Source: Escherichia phage EK5. Taken from it: a stretch of DNA of 64,000 nt. A program made the position numbers and the translations under genes. The DNA lies in the sequence record PQ805429.1; one strand, 5' to 3'. Shown in pieces: positions 29,799-40,356 of this stretch; the first letter of the stretch is position 1; each line of letters opens with the position of its first letter. A model generated the notes under the pieces. The model was not told where the DNA came from. It searched no databases and saw only the letters and a list, made by a program, of their open reading frames with translations.

Positions 29799-32700
29799 TT
29801 ATCTCCGCCCGCCAACAGCAAACTCTATCGTTAAACCATTGATAGCAGCATTACTATTAACATCATTATCTATAACATTATAGAAAAGGTATGGATGGTT
29901 CAGTCTCACCGAGACATGCCTGTCAACACCGATCGTATATGTCTTAGATGTGTGTGGGTGTCCATATTCATTTGAGAATTGACTACCACCAGCTTCAAAT
30001 ATGTAAGTACCTGAACCAGTTGTCTGAGGTCGGAACCTGTTAATATGCTTCTGATTCCACTCATTCGTCACATTATCAAAATCTATACCAGTCCTCTCCA
30101 ACCTCATTTCCAGAGGCTTCTCTATAACAACATCATTTAGCCTGTCATAGAAGTAATCAAGAGCACCCACATCCACTTGATAGAATCCCTTCAAGAATGA
30201 ACCTACTATCGTAACCCTCTGTCTAAAGTTTGTTGCATCCTTTCTCCAAACGAGTTCTTTAATAGATGGGTCATCCCAAGTGATTTCTTGGAAGTCGGAC
30301 CAGATTGGACCTCTTTCTAAAACAGGAGGATCAACCAGACCAATACACTGAGCATATGGGATAGTACGGAAGGACCAAGTATCAAACTCGTAGTTCCATA
30401 CAGCAGCTTTAGTACAAGCGAAGCTTTCTTTTGGCTCCCCCGGACCTACATACAGAACCCAAACCTCTTTCTTATCCTGATGCAAGTGTACTCGAGTTGC
30501 TAAAGGGTTAACCAGACACACCTCGTTAATCAGCATGTTCTTGACACGGTTAGATGCAATTGATTTCTTAGTTGCACCGTTGTGTAAGATTACATCGTTC
30601 TGAGTAACTACGAAGTGACTACCTTCTACTTCAACCACACACTCAGGAGCAAGGATACCAGAGTCGTTAAAAAGCTTCTTGAACATTAGAGGTTGGTACG
30701 TGTTATTAGTTGGAGAACCAATATACGTTTCAAACTCTGTATAAACAAACAAGTAGTCTTTAAGAGGTAGGATATCAATCAAGCTACCATTAGAGTCAGC
30801 TAGGTCAATGTAACCAGCATACCCATTCTCTAGAGCCTGAGTCTGCCCTACGATATTAGAAGCTAAGTCCGAAGACACAACTCGATCATAGGCAAAGTCA
30901 TCCCACAGTGTAGGAGCCTTGTTCTCATTGGCAAAGTTAGACCAACGAAGACGAAGCGGGTAGTTAGTGGTAACACCAGAAGCATTAGCCTCTCTCATAT
31001 TCAGAGCAAAAAGACGGTTGTTAAAAGATCTTACTCTCTCACATTTCCAGTTAAACTTCTTGACTGAAGGGTTTCCATCATTATCAACAACTGTTTGCTC
31101 ACCCCACCCCGGAAGGTCTACAAAGTATTCTGATTCGAATTCTTTTACCTGAGGAGTTTCATAGTGAGTTGTAGCAACTGCACAGTTAGAGATAACAGCG
31201 TGATACCAAGGATAGTCATCAAAAGCATCGTAATCTTTCTGAGTCATCTGACTAACAGTACAAGTTACATTAATCTCCCCTTTACGGAGAGCAACCAGTT
31301 TGATAGATTTACCAGTGACTGAAGTTGTAGAAACATAGCCAGTTTTATCAACAGACCATTGATAAGAATAATCACCTTCTGGAGAAGCCGTAGCTGTAAT
31401 GACAATCTCTTCACCAACATCAAGTGAGGCGCTGACAACATCTAAGGTTACAGATGACAAAGGGGTTGCCAGTAAAGAAGCTCTTGCAAAACCTTCAATG
31501 TCATTCACGTTAGAGTAGTCATAGAAGTTATTACCTTCGTACATCCCTGACGTATCAATACCGGATGTAGGCTCAGCAAAATAAACCGTCTCTTCACTTT
31601 CAGGAGGAGTTACTACTTCTTCCTCTTGAGTTTCTACTGGCTCTGACACAGGAGCAGCAAATGCCATAGCACTTGTCCTCATTGTCCTTCCAGCTAAATC
31701 CACACGTACAGTACAGACAGCAACTCTGTTACCTTCTTCAGTGGTAGCTGTAATCTCAGTAAAACCAGCAAGTAGAGCGTTGATCGTCCCTTGTGTGCTA
31801 GTCCCTGATACTGTTGCAATATTTGGATTAGAAGAGGTCCAAGTAATATTTTGATTAGGGGCGTTAGCAGGAGAAAGGGTAGCAGTTAAGATATACTGAG
31901 AACCTCTACTCACAGTAACATCTGACTGGCTTAAAGAGATACTATCAATCTGAGGGATGGAAACAACCTCACAAGAAGCAGTCTTAGTTCCGTTATCAGC
32001 AGTGATTGTTACATTACCTTCTCCATTCGCTGTAATGACAGCAGTTAAAGAGTTGGCGTTAGGGGTTACGGATACAATAGAAGCATTATTGCTGGACCAA
32101 GTTACAGGGGTCTTGCCAGTAACAGCCGTGAGAGTAGTAGTCCCTCCTTTACGAATTGTAACAGTATCTTGACTCAAGAAGATACCTGAATCACCATCGA
32201 TAATATTAACAGCAATCTGAGCCACTACGGATTCGTTGGCAGTAGAGATAGTTACTACAAGATTACCCTCTTTCTCAAAAGATGTTAGAGTAGCAAGTTT
32301 AGAGTCACCAGGGTCTACCGTAATACTTCCATAGGATGAGTTACTAACCTCCCAAATAAGATCAGTGTTGTTAGCATCAGCAGGGAGAAGAGAAACCTCT
32401 AGATTCTTGGTCTGATTGAAGTTCATTGAGATAGTTGATTCTTTAGGAACAATCTGAGAAACAACTGGATAAATCTTAATTGAGGCAGAAGCCTTCTTAG
32501 TGACTGTAGCAACCTTACGGCTAATATCAGTCAAGCTTTCATCTGTCAGTTTATATAACTTCTTATCCGTACCTACAACAAGAAAGCTATTACCTGCGCT
32601 ATAATAATCGAAAGGCATAGAAACGAAAGACAGAGGGGTTAAATCCTTATCTTCATCTACATAAGAAAGAGGGGCATTGCCCCCCGTCTTAAATACTCTC

Positions 32701-32816
32701 TGCTCAACAAATCGAGCATTTATAGCATTAGTGAAAGCATTAGGAGCTAAGTCTGTCGGAGCCTGATCAGCGATAACGCCTACAGCACCTAGTGACTTTA
32801 TTGGATACAGCGCCAT
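29799..32816 (-). CDS. large structural protein with tandem Ig-like (BIG2-type) domains
   Basis: 1005 aa; several ~80-aa repeats ending ...G.VTITA / GFTEITA. Confidence 0.5.
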   Translation of the reverse strand: MALYPIKSLGAVGVIADQAPTDLAPNAFTNAINARFVEQRVFKTGGNAPLSYVDEDKDLTPLSFVSMPFDYYSAGNSFLVVGTDKKLYKLTDESLTDISRKVATVTKKASASIKIYPVVSQIVPKESTISMNFNQTKNLEVSLLPADANNTDLIWEVSNSSYGSITVDPGDSKLATLTSFEKEGNLVVTISTANESVVAQIAVNIIDGDSGIFLSQDTVTIRKGGTTTLTAVTGKTPVTWSSNNASIVSVTPNANSLTAVITANGEGNVTITADNGTKTASCEVVSIPQIDSISLSQSDVTVSRGSQYILTATLSPANAPNQNITWTSSNPNIATVSGTSTQGTINALLAGFTEITATTEEGNRVAVCTVRVDLAGRTMRTSAMAFAAPVSEPVETQEEEVVTPPESEETVYFAEPTSGIDTSGMYEGNNFYDYSNVNDIEGFARASLLATPLSSVTLDVVSASLDVGEEIVITATASPEGDYSYQWSVDKTGYVSTTSVTGKSIKLVALRKGEINVTCTVSQMTQKDYDAFDDYPWYHAVISNCAVATTHYETPQVKEFESEYFVDLPGWGEQTVVDNDGNPSVKKFNWKCERVRSFNNRLFALNMREANASGVTTNYPLRLRWSNFANENKAPTLWDDFAYDRVVSSDLASNIVGQTQALENGYAGYIDLADSNGSLIDILPLKDYLFVYTEFETYIGSPTNNTYQPLMFKKLFNDSGILAPECVVEVEGSHFVVTQNDVILHNGATKKSIASNRVKNMLINEVCLVNPLATRVHLHQDKKEVWVLYVGPGEPKESFACTKAAVWNYEFDTWSFRTIPYAQCIGLVDPPVLERGPIWSDFQEITWDDPSIKELVWRKDATNFRQRVTIVGSFLKGFYQVDVGALDYFYDRLNDVVIEKPLEMRLERTGIDFDNVTNEWNQKHINRFRPQTTGSGTYIFEAGGSQFSNEYGHPHTSKTYTIGVDRHVSVRLNHPYLFYNVIDNDVNSNAAINGLTIEFAVGGRR

Positions 32817-32825
32817 AATTCCTCC

Positions 32826-33629
32826 TTAGCTAATACGTCTCCAAATGTGAGCTGCTCTGAATGGTGGCAAAGTGTTAATAGGTTGACGAGAGATATCATC
32901 ACGACCAAGACTTACACTACCAGAGATTGTATGAGTGTGAGTGTCGCTATCAGTTCTCTGACTGTAACCACCACCCGGACTATACCAGTTTGGTGAGCTG
33001 TTATGACCACTAGCATCTCCACGACCAAACACCATATTGTGACTGTGAGTGTTACTGGATAGAGAGAAGCTGGAGCCATTAACTGTCATCAGAGGTACGT
33101 TCTCAGTTCGAATGGTATTGAAGACACGACCACCAGTACCACCTGCTTGGAACTCAACTCTCTGAGCATTAGGGACAGAACCATCAGGGTTTACTACACC
33201 AGTACCCATAATGACACCAGTCACTTTAGCCCAAGAACCAAACCCTAAGGAGATAGAATCACCGGGGTTAATATCTTCTTCAGTGATGTAGTAAGAACCA
33301 ATTCGATAGAGCTTATTCTCCATCCAGTTCTTCATGAACGCTTCCATCTGACCTTTAGTAACAACATCCTTGTCACCAGTTCCCGGAGTAACGTTCTTGA
33401 TCATAAGACCACCAACATCCATTGCATCACCAGTAAACTTGAGCTTCTCTGACATAATCTTAAAGGTGTCAGAATCTATATCAACCGGTTCTGTAACATT
33501 GGGGAATGTGTTCTGTAACGTTTGTTTAATGAGGCGGATTTGAGCCGCCCCTTCGTAGATGTAATCCCTGTCTCTAGGATAGAGTGGGTTTAAGTCGGTA
33601 ATAACTACCGCATTAGTTTCGATAGCCAA
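32826..33629 (-). CDS. tail-associated protein (TTG start)
   Basis: 267 aa; TTG start preceded by GGAGG. Confidence 0.4.
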   Translation of the reverse strand: MAIETNAVVITDLNPLYPRDRDYIYEGAAQIRLIKQTLQNTFPNVTEPVDIDSDTFKIMSEKLKFTGDAMDVGGLMIKNVTPGTGDKDVVTKGQMEAFMKNWMENKLYRIGSYYITEEDINPGDSISLGFGSWAKVTGVIMGTGVVNPDGSVPNAQRVEFQAGGTGGRVFNTIRTENVPLMTVNGSSFSLSSNTHSHNMVFGRGDASGHNSSPNWYSPGGGYSQRTDSDTHTHTISGSVSLGRDDISRQPINTLPPFRAAHIWRRIS

Positions 33630-33641
33630 AAGGCACCTCCA

Positions 33642-34133
33642 TTAATATTTACCTTCGGTGTAAAGATTAGCTTCTGCAACTCTTCTATTATGAAGACCCT
33701 GACTTCTCTGCTTCTCTCCCTTGACCGTTATTTTATCCCAACGAAGAAATTCGGAATAAACATCCCCCTTAACATCTCCATTGATTACCTTCCTTAACTT
33801 AGATGTGCTCAAAGCCCCACTGCCAACATTGAAGTTGAAAGAAGTGAGTGCATCAAACTCATGAACTAGTAAAGGAACCTTTATGTTCTTCTGAGTAGCA
33901 CGAACAGAGTCTTGTGTGTCTCTATCTAGCAGAGCTAGACAATCCTCTATAGAATACGTTAATCCTTGTCTAACCGGATAACCATTCATATCGCGCGTAG
34001 CCCCTACACATATAGTCCAGATACCTGCGGAATCTTTATAAGCCTTTGTTCTCATACCCTCATGCTTCATGATGAATTCCATTCCAGCTGGGCTTAAGTT
34101 TAGTTGTACAGGTGGCAATGCGACGTTATCCAT
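33642..34133 (-). CDS. GH24 phage lysozyme (muramidase)
   Basis: MEFIMKHEGMRTKAYKDSAGIWTICVGAT matches T4/lambda lysozyme E...D...T catalytic region. Confidence 0.75.
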   Translation of the reverse strand: MDNVALPPVQLNLSPAGMEFIMKHEGMRTKAYKDSAGIWTICVGATRDMNGYPVRQGLTYSIEDCLALLDRDTQDSVRATQKNIKVPLLVHEFDALTSFNFNVGSGALSTSKLRKVINGDVKGDVYSEFLRWDKITVKGEKQRSQGLHNRRVAEANLYTEGKY

Positions 34134-34162
34134 TTCTAACCTCCTTTTGTAGTCCCTTTAAA

Positions 34163-34381
34163 TTAAGGTAGTATCTTTCTCAGAGCGTTAGATTCAGCAT
34201 CAGGGCAAATAACAACTAAGTTATTTTGAATTGTTCTCTGCTTGCATTGAGAGCTAAGCTTCTCTACTGGAGCAGGGACAGTTACTAATGGATGAACTGC
34301 GCCTACAGGAACTGCGGTGGATACCACAACACCTGCGCCTAAACATATTAAACCATATGCAGCTTGTTTCATCATTTTCAT
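34163..34381 (-). CDS. small exported protein
   Basis: 72 aa; N-terminal signal-like MKMMKQAAYGLICLGAGVVVSTAV. Confidence 0.45.
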   Translation of the reverse strand: MKMMKQAAYGLICLGAGVVVSTAVPVGAVHPLVTVPAPVEKLSSQCKQRTIQNNLVVICPDAESNALRKILP

Positions 34382-34473
34382 TTGAGTGTCTCCTATATAT
34401 TAACCTCTTGGGATATATTAGTTTCATTACTTACTAAGGGTACTCACTACTAAAGCCCCCGAAGGGGCTTATA

Positions 34474-36672
34474 TTACCTCTCTGCTAGTTTTGCTTCTAG
34501 AACTTCAATACGCTTCAGAAGGTCTTGAACAACCTGCATAGTATCAAGGAGCATAGGAGCTGAGTCTAGCTCTTTCTGTTCTTGCTCTACACCATCATTG
34601 TCGTGGAACCTACGAGTCTTAACATAAAGAGGTTCTACCTTTTCTGCTTGCTGTGCAATAACACCGCGACGAGTTCTTCCTTGTTCATCACTGTTGTACA
34701 CAAACGATTTGAAATCCAAACCTTTGATAGCCTTGATAGCTTTCTCAGGGGAAATATCTTGGATATTATGTTTTAACCTTTCATCTGACACAGGATTCAA
34801 GGCAAGGGTATATGTTCCAGTAGAGCTGGGTTGCCAAGTATAATAGAAAATCTCATTCCTGTTTGGTCGAAGGGTTAGGCGACAACCGTATTTGTTGTCT
34901 TCATCACCTGCAACGTGCCAGCAAGAATCGGCAAAAGTTCCGGCGTCATTGTGAATCATACCAACGTGAGTTGTAGTCTTGTACCCTCCATTGGATGCTT
35001 GTGATGCACTTAGTATAGAGTTGAATGAGTAGTTAGACCCTATCCCTTGGTTATCCATAGAGAATGTTCCTTTCCTAGCTCCTGTTTCACTCCAAGACAT
35101 CAAAGTGCCAAATCTAGAAACATACCTATCAGAATTCAGTGTACCAGAATCGTCGAAAGCTAACTGCTTGGTAACTCCTTTAGTTTTATTGTAGACGTCA
35201 ATGATTCCATAGTAAGCTCCGTTGATGTAGGCATCAGTTTTGAGAGTAGTAGAAGCTTCTACTTCTGAACCGATTTTATACTCAGAGACAACTGACCCAC
35301 TAGAAACTTTCGTTCCGTTGGAAGGTCGTGTGGTGTCACTATTAATAACAGACCAAGAAGTATTAGCAGCAACAAATCCACCGGTAGCACGAATAGTCCA
35401 CACACCAACAAAGTTTCTCGGTATAATGTTATCAGAGATACTATAACGACCATAAACTGGGTTGGACTGACTTGCGTCGAAGACTAGAGTATTATTACGT
35501 CCACCAACTGCACCGGACCCCGGAGGTATAGTGTCCCCCCCACCAGCCGGATACAAACTGTTGTCCGTATAGAATGAATCCTGCACAGACGTCCCGAATA
35601 TCCCTGCATAAGTCCCGGCTGATACACCAGCGACCTTACCCCTGATATTAGGTGCAGCAGAATCGTAGATAACACCATTGTTGGACGATATACCACCATC
35701 ACCGCGACCAAATAGCTCCTTAATAGAACCGACCTGAACCCCGTTGCGGTCTGGAACGCGGAAAGTAGTAGAACCGTCACCAGTAGAGTACTGTCCACGT
35801 TTTTGGGCATCACTAAGCCATTCAGAATCTGAGATAGGGGATAACAACTGTGCATAAGCCCAGAGATCTGGGTACTCTGAACGGTTAAGAAGCTGACCGT
35901 CTGATGTTACCTCAAAAGCTGGAATAAAAGCTCGACTATCACGTAAATGGAAATCACCAATACCGAAGTTAGAGATACCGCTCATCGTAGGACCACCAGA
36001 GCCACCACCACTGTTTCGAAGCTGTCTCAAAGTGACTGCATCATAATCACCAACTGCATCAGGAACAGTAACTGGTTGAGTGAAAGTTACCTTCTGGGTA
36101 AGTTGTTTGATATCAGAGTTAATCCCTGTACGAGTAACCCCAATAGTACGACCCTTGGAGTCTTTAACATAAGAACCAATTGCAGCAAAAGGCAAATCAT
36201 CAATCTCAGGACGGTAACGTTTAGAATAAACTGGATACTTAGTTTCTACCCCAGAGTCATTCTGGTCAACAACCTGAAGACGACCAGCAGAATGAATCTC
36301 TACACCTCGAACTGAAGAGGCATAACTACCAATCTTGATTGAGTTATCAGTAGTAACTTTCATCATATCAACTGATTCTACACCATTAGCTCCAGTAGAA
36401 CGGAATGGGGTATCATTAACAACCCAAGGGTCTTCTCGGAACAAAGCACCAGACATAATAGGTTGAATTGAATCCAGCACAAAATCTTTAGATGCACCTT
36501 CTACTTTAGTCTGGTATGTAGCAGCCGCATCGGTTTTCTGTAAATATTTTCCAGTAAGGTCAATAGCACCTGCTTGTCCATCTACAGTAGAAACGCCAAC
36601 AACAGCCGCATCTCTGGTTACAACTACATGAGGCATCATTATGCCAGATTTGGGCATTAATTCTCTAGACAT
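34474..36672 (-). CDS. tail fibre/tailspike with C-terminal intramolecular chaperone (Peptidase S74-like)
   Basis: 732 aa; C-terminal NPVSDERLKHNI resembles the S-D-x-R-x-K auto-cleavage site of endosialidase-type chaperone domains. Confidence 0.65.
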   Translation of the reverse strand: MSRELMPKSGIMMPHVVVTRDAAVVGVSTVDGQAGAIDLTGKYLQKTDAAATYQTKVEGASKDFVLDSIQPIMSGALFREDPWVVNDTPFRSTGANGVESVDMMKVTTDNSIKIGSYASSVRGVEIHSAGRLQVVDQNDSGVETKYPVYSKRYRPEIDDLPFAAIGSYVKDSKGRTIGVTRTGINSDIKQLTQKVTFTQPVTVPDAVGDYDAVTLRQLRNSGGGSGGPTMSGISNFGIGDFHLRDSRAFIPAFEVTSDGQLLNRSEYPDLWAYAQLLSPISDSEWLSDAQKRGQYSTGDGSTTFRVPDRNGVQVGSIKELFGRGDGGISSNNGVIYDSAAPNIRGKVAGVSAGTYAGIFGTSVQDSFYTDNSLYPAGGGDTIPPGSGAVGGRNNTLVFDASQSNPVYGRYSISDNIIPRNFVGVWTIRATGGFVAANTSWSVINSDTTRPSNGTKVSSGSVVSEYKIGSEVEASTTLKTDAYINGAYYGIIDVYNKTKGVTKQLAFDDSGTLNSDRYVSRFGTLMSWSETGARKGTFSMDNQGIGSNYSFNSILSASQASNGGYKTTTHVGMIHNDAGTFADSCWHVAGDEDNKYGCRLTLRPNRNEIFYYTWQPSSTGTYTLALNPVSDERLKHNIQDISPEKAIKAIKGLDFKSFVYNSDEQGRTRRGVIAQQAEKVEPLYVKTRRFHDNDGVEQEQKELDSAPMLLDTMQVVQDLLKRIEVLEAKLAER

Positions 36673-36712
36673 TTAAATCTCCTTAAAGCTCCCCGAAGGG
36701 AGCATTATTGTT

Positions 36713-39493
36713 TCATTTAGAAGGCATCTCAACACGAAGGTCAATCCATCTTCCAGAAGGGATATCAATTGGTTCACCATCCACCACACCATCTATTACA
36801 TTACTTGCAAAAGAAGGAACTCCCTCATGGGTTCGATGGTAAGTTTTCAGAGTAATATCACCTTCTTCATCAACTTCATAATCAACCCAAAGAAGAGGTA
36901 ATCCGTTAGAGTTCTGAGGAATAGAAAAACCACCGTCATTACCACCCCAAGAGGCATCAGAGTTAAACCCTAAGACTCCTGAGATTTTATAGACACCAAC
37001 ATCTAATCTTTCGGTTGTTGCTCCTTGGGCTTGGTCATTAACTTCAGAAGACCCGTCAGATTTTAGTTTGACTATAGGCGATGCAATCTTAACAAAACCA
37101 TTAACATCTACGGTAGTGTTCAAATCCCTTACTAAGAAGTCACGCCAGTTTGTGATTAAAGAGGGGTCACTAGTCCTTTGTCTATAGCGAGGGGCTTCAT
37201 ATGTGATAGTAGAGAACCCTATTTGGGACCAGTTACCTCCACGACCACCTTCAGCAATAGTCATTATCTCCGCATATGTGAAGGGTGCACCATTACCTCC
37301 CGGAAAAGGTGACGAGTCCCCGCTGTAGAATCCAATACCAGTTGGTAAATCATCACCACCGTAGTAGACTGAGGAACCGTACTGACAATGCATTGCCCCT
37401 AGTTTTTCAGAACCTTCGGCTGGAGTCTTCCCTCCTGTACCACCACTTATTACCGGCAAAGCTATTCGAGAAGAGTCGGAGTTATTGAAATACCCCCAAT
37501 CTGCATCTGTAATAAAGAAGGTATGTTCTCCAGAACCATCTAAGAGCTTAGTGTCAGTTGAACTCTGGATAAGTTTATCAACTTTCAGATTGACACGAGC
37601 AGCAGCTTCAGATATAGCTCCCGTACCACCTGACCCTATAGGGATTGGAGCTGTATTACCCTCTGTTGTTTGGTAGACAAAAGTGCCCTCATTACCAAGC
37701 ATTAGCCGGTAATTTTTATTGGGGGATTGTATTGCAGTATATCCGCTTATAGTTGAAATAGCACCAACACCAAGATTCTCCCTAGCTTCAGAAGCTGAAG
37801 TAGCTCCTGTACCACCCGATTCTATAGCAAAAGGTATAGTGTTTGAATCTGACTGGTTTATCAACTTAAAACTACCACTGTTTGCGAGCCGTATTTGTTT
37901 ACTCCCATCTGGAGTACTCATAGAGCTGTAAAGATTATCACCTTCCCCATTTATGGCATGAAATGTTTGTAAGTTTAAAGAAATTCTAGCATTACCTACA
38001 TCACTGGCGCCTGTACCACCTTGGGCAACAGATAGAGGAGTAGTTAATCCGTTAAGAGAGGTGATATCTGAGTTTGCCCCGGATGCCGCTGCACCAACAT
38101 TAGCAGCTGTGAGGACTACGTTACCATTAGCATCATCAGGAGCTTTTCCATTTACTGTTACAATGTAAGGAATCTGAGATTGAACACGCCCTTTGTAATT
38201 GGAATCCTTATCTGAGTCAGGAGAGCGGATAGCCTCACCACCAGTCCAGTCGGGAAGTCGAATGCTAATAAAATTAGTAGAATCTGCATCAGTTATACCA
38301 TCAGCCAGCTTACCCCAAGAGAAATATTGTCTAGCACCACCCTGCCACTCTGTCTCTGAGACAACAGGAAGCTGTCCACTAATAAGAGATGGGCCTAAAT
38401 CTAGAGCAGACTCTTTTGATACCAAACGACCATCGGCAGGAAGAACTCCTGGGTAGGAGATATTCTTAGTTGGGTCATAAGGGAACATCACCATCTCACC
38501 AAGATACAGAGATGGGTTTCCTGTTGGAATGGTAATATCAATGTTACCACTTGAGTCTGGAGAGCGAGAGTTAACAGTAAGGATTCTACCTTCAGTCTTA
38601 ACAGGAGTTAATGTTTTGTTAGAAGCAACAGTATAAAATTCATACTTAGTAGCTTCCCAAACTAAGACCTTCTCACCAACTTGGCGATATTGAGCGTCAG
38701 CATCAGCTTCTGCTTTAGATTGATATGTCTTGGTGGTTTTATCAAACTTGTCATTAATCTCTTGACGACTGTACTGAGCAACGTTCAGAACATTTCCTAA
38801 ACCTACCGTCTCTTTGTTAAGTGTTAGAGCAACCTCTCCATCAAGAGCTGGACCGCCGTTAATAGAGACAGAACGAACAGATGGGATTAAGTTAGCAATG
38901 TTATCTAGAGTAGTTTTGTGGACGGTATTGTCATCTTTGTCAACATAGAAACCTAAATCACCTAGCTCTGGAACACCTGTAGGTGCTGTATCCAAATCCT
39001 TAACAGAACCATCTTTTCCGGGATCACCTTCTGGAATACCTAAAGAGATTACACCAGTGTTAGGATTAAAAGAGCCAGTAGCCGGAGTTCCCGGAGGGAG
39101 AGTTGTTACATCAACAGACATTCCTAACAGAACATCAAGCTGATTCTGGACTTCAATGAGTTTCTGGTTAATCAGGGCGACTGCGTTATTTGCATCAGAT
39201 ACTGCTGCATTAGTCTGAGCAATCAAGCTCATCAGACGAGCATCTTGATCTTTAAAGTCCTGCTTAAGATCTTCAATATCTTGCTTCATCAGAACACCCT
39301 GTTGATACAGACGTTCTACTTCAGCGATCAAGTCATCAATTGTACCAAACTTAGATTCTGCTAACAGTGCCCAATATTTGGAGTCAGCTGCATATTCTGC
39401 TGCTTGCTTGTAAGCTCCGATAGAGCCTTCAGTAGCACCAAACTGCCCAACGTTATTCACTGCATCAGGTGCTTGGTTATTATAAACGATCAT
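36713..39493 (-). CDS. tail fibre protein with phage fibre repeats
   Basis: 926 aa; N-terminal coiled coil; four repeats of GGTGA(S/T)...AR.NLG. Confidence 0.65.
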   Translation of the reverse strand: MIVYNNQAPDAVNNVGQFGATEGSIGAYKQAAEYAADSKYWALLAESKFGTIDDLIAEVERLYQQGVLMKQDIEDLKQDFKDQDARLMSLIAQTNAAVSDANNAVALINQKLIEVQNQLDVLLGMSVDVTTLPPGTPATGSFNPNTGVISLGIPEGDPGKDGSVKDLDTAPTGVPELGDLGFYVDKDDNTVHKTTLDNIANLIPSVRSVSINGGPALDGEVALTLNKETVGLGNVLNVAQYSRQEINDKFDKTTKTYQSKAEADADAQYRQVGEKVLVWEATKYEFYTVASNKTLTPVKTEGRILTVNSRSPDSSGNIDITIPTGNPSLYLGEMVMFPYDPTKNISYPGVLPADGRLVSKESALDLGPSLISGQLPVVSETEWQGGARQYFSWGKLADGITDADSTNFISIRLPDWTGGEAIRSPDSDKDSNYKGRVQSQIPYIVTVNGKAPDDANGNVVLTAANVGAAASGANSDITSLNGLTTPLSVAQGGTGASDVGNARISLNLQTFHAINGEGDNLYSSMSTPDGSKQIRLANSGSFKLINQSDSNTIPFAIESGGTGATSASEARENLGVGAISTISGYTAIQSPNKNYRLMLGNEGTFVYQTTEGNTAPIPIGSGGTGAISEAAARVNLKVDKLIQSSTDTKLLDGSGEHTFFITDADWGYFNNSDSSRIALPVISGGTGGKTPAEGSEKLGAMHCQYGSSVYYGGDDLPTGIGFYSGDSSPFPGGNGAPFTYAEIMTIAEGGRGGNWSQIGFSTITYEAPRYRQRTSDPSLITNWRDFLVRDLNTTVDVNGFVKIASPIVKLKSDGSSEVNDQAQGATTERLDVGVYKISGVLGFNSDASWGGNDGGFSIPQNSNGLPLLWVDYEVDEEGDITLKTYHRTHEGVPSFASNVIDGVVDGEPIDIPSGRWIDLRVEMPSK

Positions 39494-39502
39494 ATTATCT
39501 CC

Positions 39503-40255
39503 TTATACACGAGAAGTACGAATACCATAAATATCAGGCAAGCTGCTCTGAAGTCGAGTCATGTTATTCGGAATTGCGATAGGTGAACCTGAGTACTCTT
39601 GTTTCTTATTCTGTTCTACCATTTCATCAAGGATAGCTTTTCCTAATGCTGACCATTTCTGAACACCATTATCATCTTGAACAAAGAGACAAGCATGACG
39701 TAGGGTGAAGTACAGAAGAAGTTCTGGTGCTATAGTAAGAATAGTACTAGTATCTGTATCTTCATGGAATTCCGGTGGGTCTGCATAATAGCTAAGAATC
39801 ACTGAGTTTTCTGCTGGAATCAAAGGGCTTCCATCATCAGGGTAGTACGGAGTATCTGCTTCGATGCTAGGGTAGAAAATGAAACGACTACCGAAACGAG
39901 CAAAGTTGACAGGTTGGTTATTCCAGTGAGATGGGTTAATTGTTCCATGCTGTCTACGATAGCTAATCTCTTCAGGAGAGGTTACTTGGAAGATTGTGCC
40001 ATCTTTGGCTCTCATCATCCATTGAGCTTCTAAGTAATCAGGAGGAATGTAAGCTACTCCATCTTTAATATCTAAATACACTTCTTTTTCCAGAGGAGGA
40101 ATACGTAAGTTACGATAAATCTCTTTCTCTGCAAAGTTAATAAAGTTTGGAATTTGATTAACAAATTCGTCATCGTCCCTATCTGCCCAGAGGGCCACGG
40201 CCTTCTTTAGCCACCCATAGGTATTGATGGGGTATTGAACATCTGGCATTGCCAT
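39503..40255 (-). CDS. virion structural protein
   Basis: 250 aa, RBS AAGGAGG, first gene after promoter motif and terminator. Confidence 0.4.
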   Translation of the reverse strand: MAMPDVQYPINTYGWLKKAVALWADRDDDEFVNQIPNFINFAEKEIYRNLRIPPLEKEVYLDIKDGVAYIPPDYLEAQWMMRAKDGTIFQVTSPEEISYRRQHGTINPSHWNNQPVNFARFGSRFIFYPSIEADTPYYPDDGSPLIPAENSVILSYYADPPEFHEDTDTSTILTIAPELLLYFTLRHACLFVQDDNGVQKWSALGKAILDEMVEQNKKQEYSGSPIAIPNNMTRLQSSLPDIYGIRTSRV

Positions 40256-40288
40256 AGGTTGTCCTCCTTGTTATATGTAGACAAAGAA

Positions 40289-40297
40289 TATACATTA
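40289..40297 (-). promoter_or_regulatory. TAATGTATA motif (minus sense)
   Basis: 34 nt upstream of ATG 40255, just downstream of the capsid terminator. Confidence 0.45.
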
Positions 40298-40319
40298 CAC
40301 ACTGGCTTGTATAGGTCTT

Positions 40320-40350
40320 AAAACGAAAAAACCCCGCCCGAAGGCAGGGT
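40320..40350 (-). terminator. rho-independent terminator after capsid genes
   Basis: Minus strand CCCTGCC-TTCG-GGCGGGG followed by TTTTTTCGTTTT. Confidence 0.75.
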
Positions 40351-40356
40351 CTAGTT

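Noticed and set aside
34441-34474. Palindrome AGCCCCCGAAGGGGCT between tail fibre genes as a terminator
   Set aside because: No adequate T-run on either strand; may be an RNA stabilising hairpin but not called.
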